DNA from: Roseibacillus sp.
GTDB lineage: Bacteria; Verrucomicrobiota; Verrucomicrobiia; Verrucomicrobiales; Akkermansiaceae
Assembly: GCA_051251855.1 (NCBI GenBank)
Contig: JBPOGI010000001.1
Span: 864,001-928,000, forward strand
Reading direction: 5' to 3'
DNA length: 64,000 nucleotides
Each line of letters begins with the position of its first letter. Within the stretch, counting starts at the first letter, position 1. Below are positions 40,088 through 48,499 of the stretch, piece by piece. The notes under the pieces were generated by a model. It did no database searches. It had not been told where the DNA came from and worked only from the letters and a program-made list of their open reading frames with translations. The translations under genes and the position numbers were made by a program.

Positions 40088-41311
40088 TCAGCGCTGTAGA
40101 GAGGATTGTTTGTAGCTTTGAAAATCTCGCACCGTGAAAAGTTGGTGCTTGAGAGGTGAGAGTGCGCCTCGGGGTTTGCGTGCGCCGGTTGTTCGGTTGG
40201 GGCCGAAGCGATGTTTGGATTTTTGGAAGAAGGAATCGACGAAGCCTTTGCTGCCAATCACCACTCCATCCGAAAAGTAGCGAATGCGATGTTGAATGAC
40301 CTTCGAAATCGCTAAGTCGCCCTTGCTGGTGTTGCTGGTGCTCTGATCAAGCGCCGCGAGTTCGCTCTCTGCTTTCTCCTTGTTCATTCCCTTCTTCACA
40401 ACCTTGGCCTTGAGAACCACTTCCTGTCCTGCTCTCAGAAGCAACTTGCGATACTCCTTCCCAATCCCACCCTGAGCCCAAGCATGCGCCGCACTGGAGA
40501 TTTTAATGTTCGATGCTGAGCGTTGACTGTGGGACGTTCCCAAAGCCCTCACCAACCCAGCTCGCGCCTTCTTGCCGCCTCCCATCGCCTCGCCATAACT
40601 CGACCAACGATACTCCGCTGGGTCCTCGACAATACCTGCTCTAACAGGATTCAAATCAATGTAAGCCGCCACAGTGCGAGAAGCGGTGCCATCCTGCACA
40701 ATCATGCTCTTGAATCTCTCCTCCCAAAGCCGCCCCGACCGATCCTGACTACGATTGAACCAACGTGTAAAACGCTGCAGCAGGTTCTTCATGAACTGGC
40801 TCAAATCGTTCATGCGATAAGTGTAACGCTCAAAAATACGCGAGACTTCCGCCCAATGCTTCGCTTCCTGTGCACGCAGGAGTTCCTTCTCAATCTCCCC
40901 AATCGCCGCATCAGAATAGAGCGCCTTGAGCCGCTGAAAAAATTCCTTCTCCTCCAAGACAATTCCAATCTCAGGCAAGTCAGCAGGGGAGACCCCTGGT
41001 CCTAACTCCTTCGCGCGTTCCTCCTGAGCTCGCAAAGCCGAACTCAACTCAACCTCGCGCCCATCCCGCAACCTCACCGCCCGAATCATCGGAGCCACCT
41101 CTAGGAGAATGTGAAAGTGATTGGACATCACGCAATAGGACAACACCTGACACCCCGAGAAGTTCTCCACCATGCGCATGAACATCTTGAACTTCTCCTT
41201 CTCCTCATCACCGAAAGCAAAGCGCCGATCCACCACGCGATTGATCACATGATAGATCGAGGGAGAGCGAGGGTCATCCTTCCAAGGATTCAGAAAACGA
41301 GGTTGAGCCAT
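40088..41311 (-). mobile_element. REP-associated tyrosine transposase (RAYT-like, Y1 HUH superfamily)
   Basis: YHVINR, YCVMSNHFHILL (HUH), G.LWE.RFKS, YIDLNPVRAG (catalytic Tyr) and YRWSSY. Intact 407-aa ORF. Confidence 0.9.
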
Positions 41312-41413
41312 GACGGGGAGCTTGAGATGGGGAATTCAACGGCGCAAGCGGTTTCTTAATAATTTGTCTGTCCAACTACGAGTGAGGTGAAAGAGAGTTT
41401 TCATGCGATGTTG

Positions 41414-41491
41414 ACTGCTAGGAATTTGCTTTTGGCGTGGGGTGCTTGAAGCCGCCTTTGGACCGGAGCGGATGGGGGAGAAAGGGGGTTG
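41414..41491. repeat. 78-bp direct repeat, copy 1
   Basis: ACTGCTAGGAATTTGCTTTTGGCGTGGGGTGCTTGAAGCCGCCTTTGGACCGGAGCGGATGGGGGAGAAAGGGGGTTG, identical to 44914-44991. Confidence 0.97.
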
Positions 41492-41498
41492 GTGTGAG

Positions 41499-44400
41499 TT
41501 ACGGATTGTATTCCGATTCGAGGCGGTAGAAGGCTTTGGCTGAAGGGCGACTATTATCCAGTAAGGAGAATTGATTCCCAGAGAGCACAAAGGTGTCGTT
41601 CGAGCCTACGGGGACGGAGGTTTGGTCTGTAGTCGCGTCGTAAGATGCCAGTTCTTCGAAGGAGTTTGGCAGAAGCGTGGTGGAGCGAAGAACGGTGAGC
41701 TTTGCTCCGGCTGGAATGGTTCCGGTGGTCCGACCGAACAGGAGGTTGCTTTGAGAACTGTTAGGAAACGAGAAGGTGACGTTTTGCGTGGAAGTAGCAT
41801 CACTAACTGCGGGGTCTGTGCCGAGGATCAACTCAACCCCGTAATCGGTTCCGTCTTGGTCGAGGTCCGTGGGCCAGATGGAAGGGTAGTCGGCAAGGCC
41901 GGGGTTGGTCCAATTGGGGGCCTCGGTCGCGCCAATGTCGGGGGCACTGGTGCCGTCGTTATCGCCGTCGAGGGGGCGGGAGAAGCCACGTTGGTCAGTG
42001 CTTATGGTGGAGGTCGTCGCGGCGTCGATGACGGGAGAACCTGGAAGGGGAATCATCGTTTGGGTTGGTCCTCCGTTGTCTCCAAGAGGAGAAAGCATGG
42101 CATCTCCTTCGATGAAACTCGTGGTGCCAATAAAGAGAGGATAATCATCGTTGAGAAGATTGTTGTCTTCTCCGGATTCGTTAGCGAAGTTGCCCGCTAC
42201 GATTGAATGAAAGATGGTATCTTCCGCAATCGAAGCCACTGTGGTGATACCGCCACCTGAGCCGTGAAGGTCGCTGGAGAAAGAGTCTCTTCTTTCCCCA
42301 GTATGATTGCCTGAAATCGTCGAAGAAAATATAAAAAATTGCGAGTTGGACACTTGGATGCCCCCTCCGTTTCCTCCAAGTCCCCCGGGAGTAAACATCC
42401 CACTTAATCCTCCGTCGCCGGTTCGGTTGTTAGCGATCGTCGAGGAGGAGATAGTGAAGGAGTCTAGGGGTTGAGCTGAAATTCCTCCACCGCTTCCGCC
42501 TGACCCACCTTGCTGAAAATCATTACCGATGACGTCGCCGCCGAAACCAGTGCGGTTGTTAGCAATGGTGGAGGAGAGGATGGAGAGGGAGCTTCCTTGG
42601 GAGGCGAAGATTCCGCCGCCACTGCCCCCATCGCCCGGGGCCATGCTAGCCGAGCCGCCAGCCCCAGTTTGGTTGGCTGCCACCGTGGACTGAGATAAGG
42701 CGAGGGCGCTACCGGAGGAGAGAAAAATCCCGCCGCCTGAACCGCCTTCTTCGCCGCTGCCGTCAGCGCCCTTTCCAGTTTGGTTGTTCGAGATGGTGGA
42801 GAAGATCAGGTTGAGGGAGCTATCGGTATCAATAAAAATTCCACCGCCATCGGAGCCAGTTGGCGCTTGGCCACCGGTGAGAGTGAGGCCGGCGAGGGTG
42901 ACAGTGGAGTTGGAATCGATACGAAGGACTCGATGCTTGGTGGCCTGCCCATTGGCATCAATGATGAGCCCGTTGGGCAGGGAGGAGGCATCGATGAAGA
43001 GGGCATCGGTGGAGGAGGGAACGACGAGTTCGCCATCGAAAAGGGTGAGGGTCTGGCCATCGAGAGCGGGGTCAAAACAAATCACTCGGCCCTGCCTCTC
43101 CTCGGCATTCCCTGTTTCGATTTCGAAACGCAGGCTGGCTTCGCTGACGACTTTGGTAGGAGTGGGCAATTTGACAGCTCCTATTGTCGGTGGGCCTGTG
43201 AGAGTGAAGCCTCTTTGATCGGTGCGAGTGCTTATGGTGCCGGTGAGGATGGCGGGGGAATTGATCAAGGGATGCATGGTGAGAGTCGGTCCGCCATGAT
43301 CTCCCAAAGGGGTCAGGAGGGGGTCATTGACGAGGGTGATGCCAGTTGTGGGGTCAGTGAGGCCAGAGCCGGAGAAGTCGGAGAGGAGGGTGCTCCCGAA
43401 GGTGCTTGTCGTGCCCGTAGTGAAGGTGCCGATATCTGGCCCAGAAAGGGTGGTAGAATTACTGGCGATGATGGAATTGCGCAGACTTAGGCTCTCGTTT
43501 CCGCCGTTCCCCTCCCGGAAGATTCCGCCCCCTCCTACTGCCGAGTTGTCGACGAGGGTGCAGTTGTTCAGGAACAGGCTGGCATCACCGTTTAGGGCAT
43601 TGTTTTGGATGGCACCGCCCTGAGAGTCGGCGTGATTGCTAGAAAGGGTGCAGGAATCTAGGAAGAGGTTCCCATTCCCATTGAGTAAGCCCCCATTAAA
43701 GATCGCTCCTCCTTGGAAGCTGGTCGAGTTGTTGGAGAAGGTGCACTTTTTGAAAGTCAGGCTGCTCCTTCCACTCGAATTGCTGACACTGGCGATGCCG
43801 CCACCGTCCCCTTGGGAGACATTGTTGGAAATGGTGCAGGTGTCGAGGCTCAGGCTGACAAAACTTCCGTTTCCGGAGCCATCGGCGAAGATCGCTCCGC
43901 CATCAGAGCCCGAGGAATTGGCGGAAAGAGTGCAGCTTTTTAGGCTGAGGGCGAGTTGCGTTCCCGACGTCGGTCCGTCGAGCAGGATCGCGCCGCCCAC
44001 GAATGCGGGATTGCCTCCAGTGAGTGTGAGGTTGTTGAGGGCGACAATCGAGAAAGCTTCGATTTCGCCGATGGAGAGAAGGCGGTCTTCTCGTGAGTTA
44101 TTGGTGGGAGAGGAGCGACTAATTTTGACTTTGCGCGCGGCAAGTTCTTGGGGCAGGAAGACATCAATGGAAGCGGGGTTTGGTTCCACGAAGGGAAAGG
44201 CAGTGAAGCCGAGGATGTTGTCTGGGTTGAGAAGAAGGGAGGTGTGGAGGATGTTGTCGTTGGCATCGAGAAGCTGGACGGTGAGATTCCGTAAGCGGTT
44301 TTGACAGCAGCCATCACCGCGATTGTGAAGGCGAAGGAGGCCCATATTTCGGTCGCTGCCAAAATCAAGGGTGAGTGATGCCATGGCATCGCCGTCGTTG

Positions 44401-44858
44401 GTGTGGGTGAAGTTGCCAAAATTCCCGTCGATGGCGTTTGAGGCAGGAAAACGGGGCGGAACTTGGACAGGATTGTCGATGTTGGAGGACTGGGTGGCGG
44501 TGCTTCCCGTGAGGTCGATTGCCTGTAAACTCGCGCTAACCTCCAAGACGCGGTGGTTGGTGGCACTTCCATTGGCATCGATGACCACGTTTTCGGAGAG
44601 GTTAGAAGCGTCGATGGTAAGCCGATTGTTGATCAGGAGTTGGCCTTCGGTGAGGGCGATACGGTTGTTGGCCCCTCCGGTAAAGACAGTCGGGTCGAAG
44701 GTAATAATCTCGCCAGCGCTGGCGTCGCGGATAGCTTCCCGTAGGGAGAGCAGAGTGCCGGAGGGGGAGTCGAGTTCGTCGCTAGCGGTGGTGACGGTGA
44801 GTGCGGGAAGGGCGCTGGAGAGAGCCGCGGTGGCGAGGCAAGTCGAAAGCTTCTGCAT
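41499..44858 (-). CDS. Secreted CSLREA/choice-of-anchor Q beta-helix protein with an inserted F-type lectin domain
   Basis: Signal peptide, LSLREAI, GGAI/GGGI repeats, two L.PL.D.GGPT.T..P...SP...DQRG motifs, an AIDG...HT...NRGDGCC.NR lectin motif and a C-terminal AFYRL. Confidence 0.85.
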   Translation of the reverse strand: MQKLSTCLATAALSSALPALTVTTASDELDSPSGTLLSLREAIRDASAGEIITFDPTVFTGGANNRIALTEGQLLINNRLTIDASNLSENVVIDANGSATNHRVLEVSASLQAIDLTGSTATQSSNIDNPVQVPPRFPASNAIDGNFGNFTHTNDGDAMASLTLDFGSDRNMGLLRLHNRGDGCCQNRLRNLTVQLLDANDNILHTSLLLNPDNILGFTAFPFVEPNPASIDVFLPQELAARKVKISRSSPTNNSREDRLLSIGEIEAFSIVALNNLTLTGGNPAFVGGAILLDGPTSGTQLALSLKSCTLSANSSGSDGGAIFADGSGNGSFVSLSLDTCTISNNVSQGDGGGIASVSNSSGRSSLTFKKCTFSNNSTSFQGGAIFNGGLLNGNGNLFLDSCTLSSNHADSQGGAIQNNALNGDASLFLNNCTLVDNSAVGGGGIFREGNGGNESLSLRNSIIASNSTTLSGPDIGTFTTGTTSTFGSTLLSDFSGSGLTDPTTGITLVNDPLLTPLGDHGGPTLTMHPLINSPAILTGTISTRTDQRGFTLTGPPTIGAVKLPTPTKVVSEASLRFEIETGNAEERQGRVICFDPALDGQTLTLFDGELVVPSSTDALFIDASSLPNGLIIDANGQATKHRVLRIDSNSTVTLAGLTLTGGQAPTGSDGGGIFIDTDSSLNLIFSTISNNQTGKGADGSGEEGGSGGGIFLSSGSALALSQSTVAANQTGAGGSASMAPGDGGSGGGIFASQGSSLSILSSTIANNRTGFGGDVIGNDFQQGGSGGSGGGISAQPLDSFTISSSTIANNRTGDGGLSGMFTPGGLGGNGGGIQVSNSQFFIFSSTISGNHTGERRDSFSSDLHGSGGGITTVASIAEDTIFHSIVAGNFANESGEDNNLLNDDYPLFIGTTSFIEGDAMLSPLGDNGGPTQTMIPLPGSPVIDAATTSTISTDQRGFSRPLDGDNDGTSAPDIGATEAPNWTNPGLADYPSIWPTDLDQDGTDYGVELILGTDPAVSDATSTQNVTFSFPNSSQSNLLFGRTTGTIPAGAKLTVLRSTTLLPNSFEELASYDATTDQTSVPVGSNDTFVLSGNQFSLLDNSRPSAKAFYRLESEYNP

Positions 44859-44913
44859 GATGAATTCCTAGTCAAAAGGGTTGCGACCTGACAAGGAAGA
44901 ACTGCTAGGAATT

Positions 44914-44991
44914 ACTGCTAGGAATTTGCTTTTGGCGTGGGGTGCTTGAAGCCGCCTTTGGACCGGAGCGGATGGGGGAGAAAGGGGGTTG
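44914..44991. repeat. 78-bp direct repeat, copy 2, preceded by a tandem copy of its first 13 bp
   Basis: Exact match to 41414-41491 at an offset of 3500 bp. ACTGCTAGGAATT also occurs at 44901-44913. Confidence 0.97.
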
Positions 44992-45016
44992 CGGGGGAAA
45001 GAGGGGCGGAGGGGAT

Positions 45017-45051
45017 GAATTGTGAATGTGGAATTTGGAATGGTGAATGTC
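45017..45051. repeat. Heptamer tandem repeat (GAATNNN) x5
   Basis: GAATTGT GAATGTG GAATTTG GAATGGT GAATGTC. Confidence 0.8.
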
Positions 45052-45085
45052 AGAGGCTCTAGAGCCAACAAGTCGTGTTGGTCGC

Positions 45086-46375
45086 TTAAACCCCGCCTTC
45101 GGGTTGGAGTTTGATGGAGGAACCGGCGGGAGTTGTGAATTCGAGCCGGAGATTGGACTTTTTGTCTCGGTGGAAGAGGAATTCGTGGCGGCCTTTTTCT
45201 AGGTTTAATGGGGCGCTGAGGTCTTTGATTTCGCTGCGGTTGAGCCAGAGGCGGAGGCTTTGTTTAAGGTTGAGGGATGAAGGTTTAAGGCTGAAGGTTT
45301 CTCCGTCGCTAAAGTTCAGGAGGACAGGGCCGGGGGTGAGGACTTCGATGGTGGCGCGGGCGTAGATGGTTTTACTTTCGGTTTTTGGGAAGTCGGTGGC
45401 GGGGAGGGTGCCGTTGACTTTGGAGTAGGCGGTTTGCCAGGGGGCGTCTTTTGTGGGGAGTTTGCTGTCGGTTGGTTCGGCGGGGGCGGGGAGGAGTTGC
45501 CACTTGCGGATGACGGGGCTTTCGTCGTTGGCGAAGTCGCCGGGTTGGCCGAGGACGGAGAGGAATTTGGTGAGGTCGAGGAATTCTTGCCGGTTCTCTA
45601 ACAGGTCGGCGAGTCCGGCGGGCATGAGGGAGGGGAGGCCTTCTTCTTTGACGATTTGGTCGGCTTGGAGACGGACTTCTTTTCCGCCTTGGGCGGAGTC
45701 CATGAGGAGGACTTCGTTGTTGCTCTTGGAGCTGATGACGCCCATGCGGACGCTGCCGTCCTTGAGGGTGATGAGGGTGTTCTCGTAGTGCTCGGCGATG
45801 GCGGCGCTGGGCTCGAGGATGGATTGCACCATGTAGTCGGCGGGGGCGGAGGATCCGATGGTGGCGAGGTTGGGGCCGATTTGCGCTCCGGCGGATCCGA
45901 TGGCATGGCAGTTGGTGCAGGCGAGGGCTGGGCGGCGGTAAATGTCTTCGCCGCGATAGGGGTCGCCGAGTTGAAGGACGTCGGCGGCGAGGGCGGCGCG
46001 GTCTTCGGCTTGCAGGGAGGCGGAGAGGGAGGTGCCGGCTGCGGTGGGGACGGTGAAGAGGGCGGCGAGGTCAGAGGGGAGTTGGCCGGAGCGGTGATGG
46101 AAGGCGGCGACGCGGGCTTTGACTTCGGGGTGGAGGGTGAGGCCGGTGAGTCTCTTGGTGAGGACTTCTGCTCCTTGGCCATGGGCGAGAATGGCTTGGA
46201 TGAGGGGGACGGGGTCTTGGTCGCCGGGGTCCTCTGTGAGGAGGGGGAGGGTGGCGTTGATGCCTAGGTTGAGATTGGCGACGATGAGTCCGTTGGTGGC
46301 GGGGTAGCGGGTGGCGAGGTCCTCGGCGGTGGTGAGGTCTTTCCGCGCTCCTTTCTGCGGGCAAAAATGACTCAA
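45086..46375 (-). pseudogene. C-terminal part of a PVC-type heme-binding protein, probably 5'-truncated
   Basis: GDP.RGE.IY, CTNCH, GPNL..IG, SILEPSA.I and SLMPAGL motifs. No signal peptide, no convincing start and no N-terminal propeller. The strong C-ending codon bias stops near 46340. Confidence 0.6.
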
Positions 46376-46476
46376 GACTAGGGTGAGGACCCTGTGGAGG
46401 GGGCGAATGATTGGATGACGCCGTTTTTGTGGCGTGGGGCTTTTCGTTGTGGTCGGATTCCGCTTGGCTACTTGGT

Positions 46477-47859
46477 GTGAGACACTTTCACTTTATTGGT
46501 ATTTGCGGGACCGCGATGGGTTCGGTGGCGGCGGCGATGAAACGCGCGGGATTTGAGGTTACGGGTTCGGATACCAATGTCTATCCGCCAATGTCGACCT
46601 TTCTGGAAGGCGAGGGTATTCAGCTTTTTGAGGGGTACAAACGCTCCAATATCCCTGCCGATGCAGAGGTGATCATTGTGGGGAATGCGGTGAGCCGTGG
46701 CAATGAGGAGGCGGAAGAGGTTCTGGATCGCAAGCTTTTGTATCAATCTTTACCGGAGGTGTTGAAGGAACACTTCCTTCGTGGGCGTCGGAATTTGGTG
46801 ATTGCGGGGACGCATGGTAAAACGACGACGAGTTCAATGGTGGCTTGGCTGCTCAAATCGGCGGGACATGATCCTAGCCACATGATTGGTGGGGTACCCA
46901 AGAACTTTGAGCGCGGAGCGGAGTTTACTGATTCGGAGTTCGTGGTGCTGGAAGGTGACGAATACGACACCGCCTTTTTTGACAAGCGCTCTAAGTTTTT
47001 ACACTACCTTCCAGAGGTGGCGGTAATCAACAATATCGAGTTCGATCATGCCGATATTTATGAGGATTTGGATGCAGTGTTGCTCACCTTTTCTCGTCTT
47101 CTTCGGGTGGTGCCAGGGAACGGAATGGCCTATTTGAATGGCGATTGTGAAAATTCATTGACGCTCGTAGAGGCCGCTCCTTGCCCGATTGAGTTGGTAG
47201 GACTGGGTGAGAATTGTGGAGTGCGTATTAGCGATCTGGTTCCGAAAGATGGAGCAACCACTTTCAAAATTAACGGCATTGAGTTCGGGTTGCCGATGAC
47301 GGGCGAGTTTAACGTGCGTAATGCGGCGATGGCGATTTCAGTGGCTCGAAAGGCGGGTTTGAACGACGACGAAATCAGAGAAGGACTCGCCACATTCGCT
47401 GGTATCAAGCGTCGCCAAGAAGTGCGCGGCGTGGAGCGGGGAGTGACAGTGATTGATGACTTTGCCCACCACCCAACTGCGGTTGAACTCGTCATTGAAG
47501 GTCTTCGTGAGGGCTATCCGGGTCGCCGTTTGATTGTGGTGTTGGAGCCACGCTCGAATACGATGCGGCAAGAGGCCCACAAAGGAAATTTGGCGGGAGC
47601 GCTTGCGAATGCAGACTTGGCAGTGGTACCCCCCGTTTTGGAAGCAGGGCAGATCGCGGAAGATGACCTTCTCAATGTGCCGCAACTCGTTAAAGATGCT
47701 AATGCAGCGGGAGGAGATGTGCGGAGTATTGAGTCCGTGGAGGATATCGTGGCTTGGGTGGCTTCCGAAGCAAAGGAAGGTGACCTAGTTGCTGTGCTAA
47801 GCAATGGAGGTTTTGGTGGAATCCATGGAAAGCTCTTGGATGCCTTGCAGGGCTCTTAG
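46477..47859 (+). CDS. mpl: UDP-MurNAc:L-Ala-gamma-D-Glu-mDAP ligase (murein peptide ligase)
   Basis: HFIGICGTAMG, GSD.NVYPPMST, GTHGKTTT, EGDEYDTAFFDKRSKF, DDFAHHPTA, EPRSNT and SNGGFGGIH. GTG start. Confidence 0.93.
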   Translation: MRHFHFIGICGTAMGSVAAAMKRAGFEVTGSDTNVYPPMSTFLEGEGIQLFEGYKRSNIPADAEVIIVGNAVSRGNEEAEEVLDRKLLYQSLPEVLKEHFLRGRRNLVIAGTHGKTTTSSMVAWLLKSAGHDPSHMIGGVPKNFERGAEFTDSEFVVLEGDEYDTAFFDKRSKFLHYLPEVAVINNIEFDHADIYEDLDAVLLTFSRLLRVVPGNGMAYLNGDCENSLTLVEAAPCPIELVGLGENCGVRISDLVPKDGATTFKINGIEFGLPMTGEFNVRNAAMAISVARKAGLNDDEIREGLATFAGIKRRQEVRGVERGVTVIDDFAHHPTAVELVIEGLREGYPGRRLIVVLEPRSNTMRQEAHKGNLAGALANADLAVVPPVLEAGQIAEDDLLNVPQLVKDANAAGGDVRSIESVEDIVAWVASEAKEGDLVAVLSNGGFGGIHGKLLDALQGS

Positions 47860-47997
47860 GATTTAGAAGCGTCGACTTCAGTCGTCGAATGGCTCTTTTT
47901 AGTAAGACAATCGTGAGAACTTTTGTCCTATCGGCAAGGAGAATGGAGCGCGAATCTTTAGGTCGCCCAACTGGTAGGACGATTGCAGCGGGGCAAG

Positions 47998-48405
47998 CTA
48001 AAGTCTCGCGTTCCTTTTTATCTCGGCTTTGCGCATGGGCATGGTGTCGATGAGGGCGAAGAACTTTGCGAGATTGAGATTTTCCTCCTGGCGTGCTTTT
48101 TCGCTTCCGTCTTTTCCGATGAGAATGAAAGTTTCCTTTTGGGTTTCGGGCACTTTGTAGAAGTCGCGTAGCTTTTTGCGTTGTTTATCAGTGAGGAGGA
48201 CTTCGTTCGGCAGCTTCGTTTTGCTGGCAGAGAGGTTTAGGATGATTAGGTGGCGTTCGGTAAGCTCGGCCTTATGCTTGCTGAGGTCTTCCAAGGGGGC
48301 GCTGGAGTGAATGAGCAAAATTCTGTTCTTCCATCGGTAGTCTTTGAGCGGGGAGGCAGACAGGGGGAAGAGCAACCCGAGAGTGAGAAGGAGAAGGTTT
48401 TTCAC
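47998..48405 (-). CDS. DUF4174-like small exported protein
   Basis: Signal peptide, L.DYRWKNR.LL, LIGKDG..K and F.LID.MPMR. Confidence 0.82.
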   Translation of the reverse strand: MKNLLLLTLGLLFPLSASPLKDYRWKNRILLIHSSAPLEDLSKHKAELTERHLIILNLSASKTKLPNEVLLTDKQRKKLRDFYKVPETQKETFILIGKDGSEKARQEENLNLAKFFALIDTMPMRKAEIKRNARL

Positions 48406-48499
48406 CCTTTAAAGTAGGTGTAAAAGAGAGAGTCGCAAACTGTCTTTCATGCGCGAGTATGGCTTGTGTCGGGGATCGAGTCCTGACAGCTTCCGCCCT

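Noticed and set aside
41414..41491. 78-bp repeat as an integron attC site, CRISPR repeat or c-di-GMP riboswitch
   Set aside because: No RYYYAAC/GTTRRRY palindrome and no integrase. Only two copies, 3.5 kb apart. The GEMM-type P1 motif is absent.
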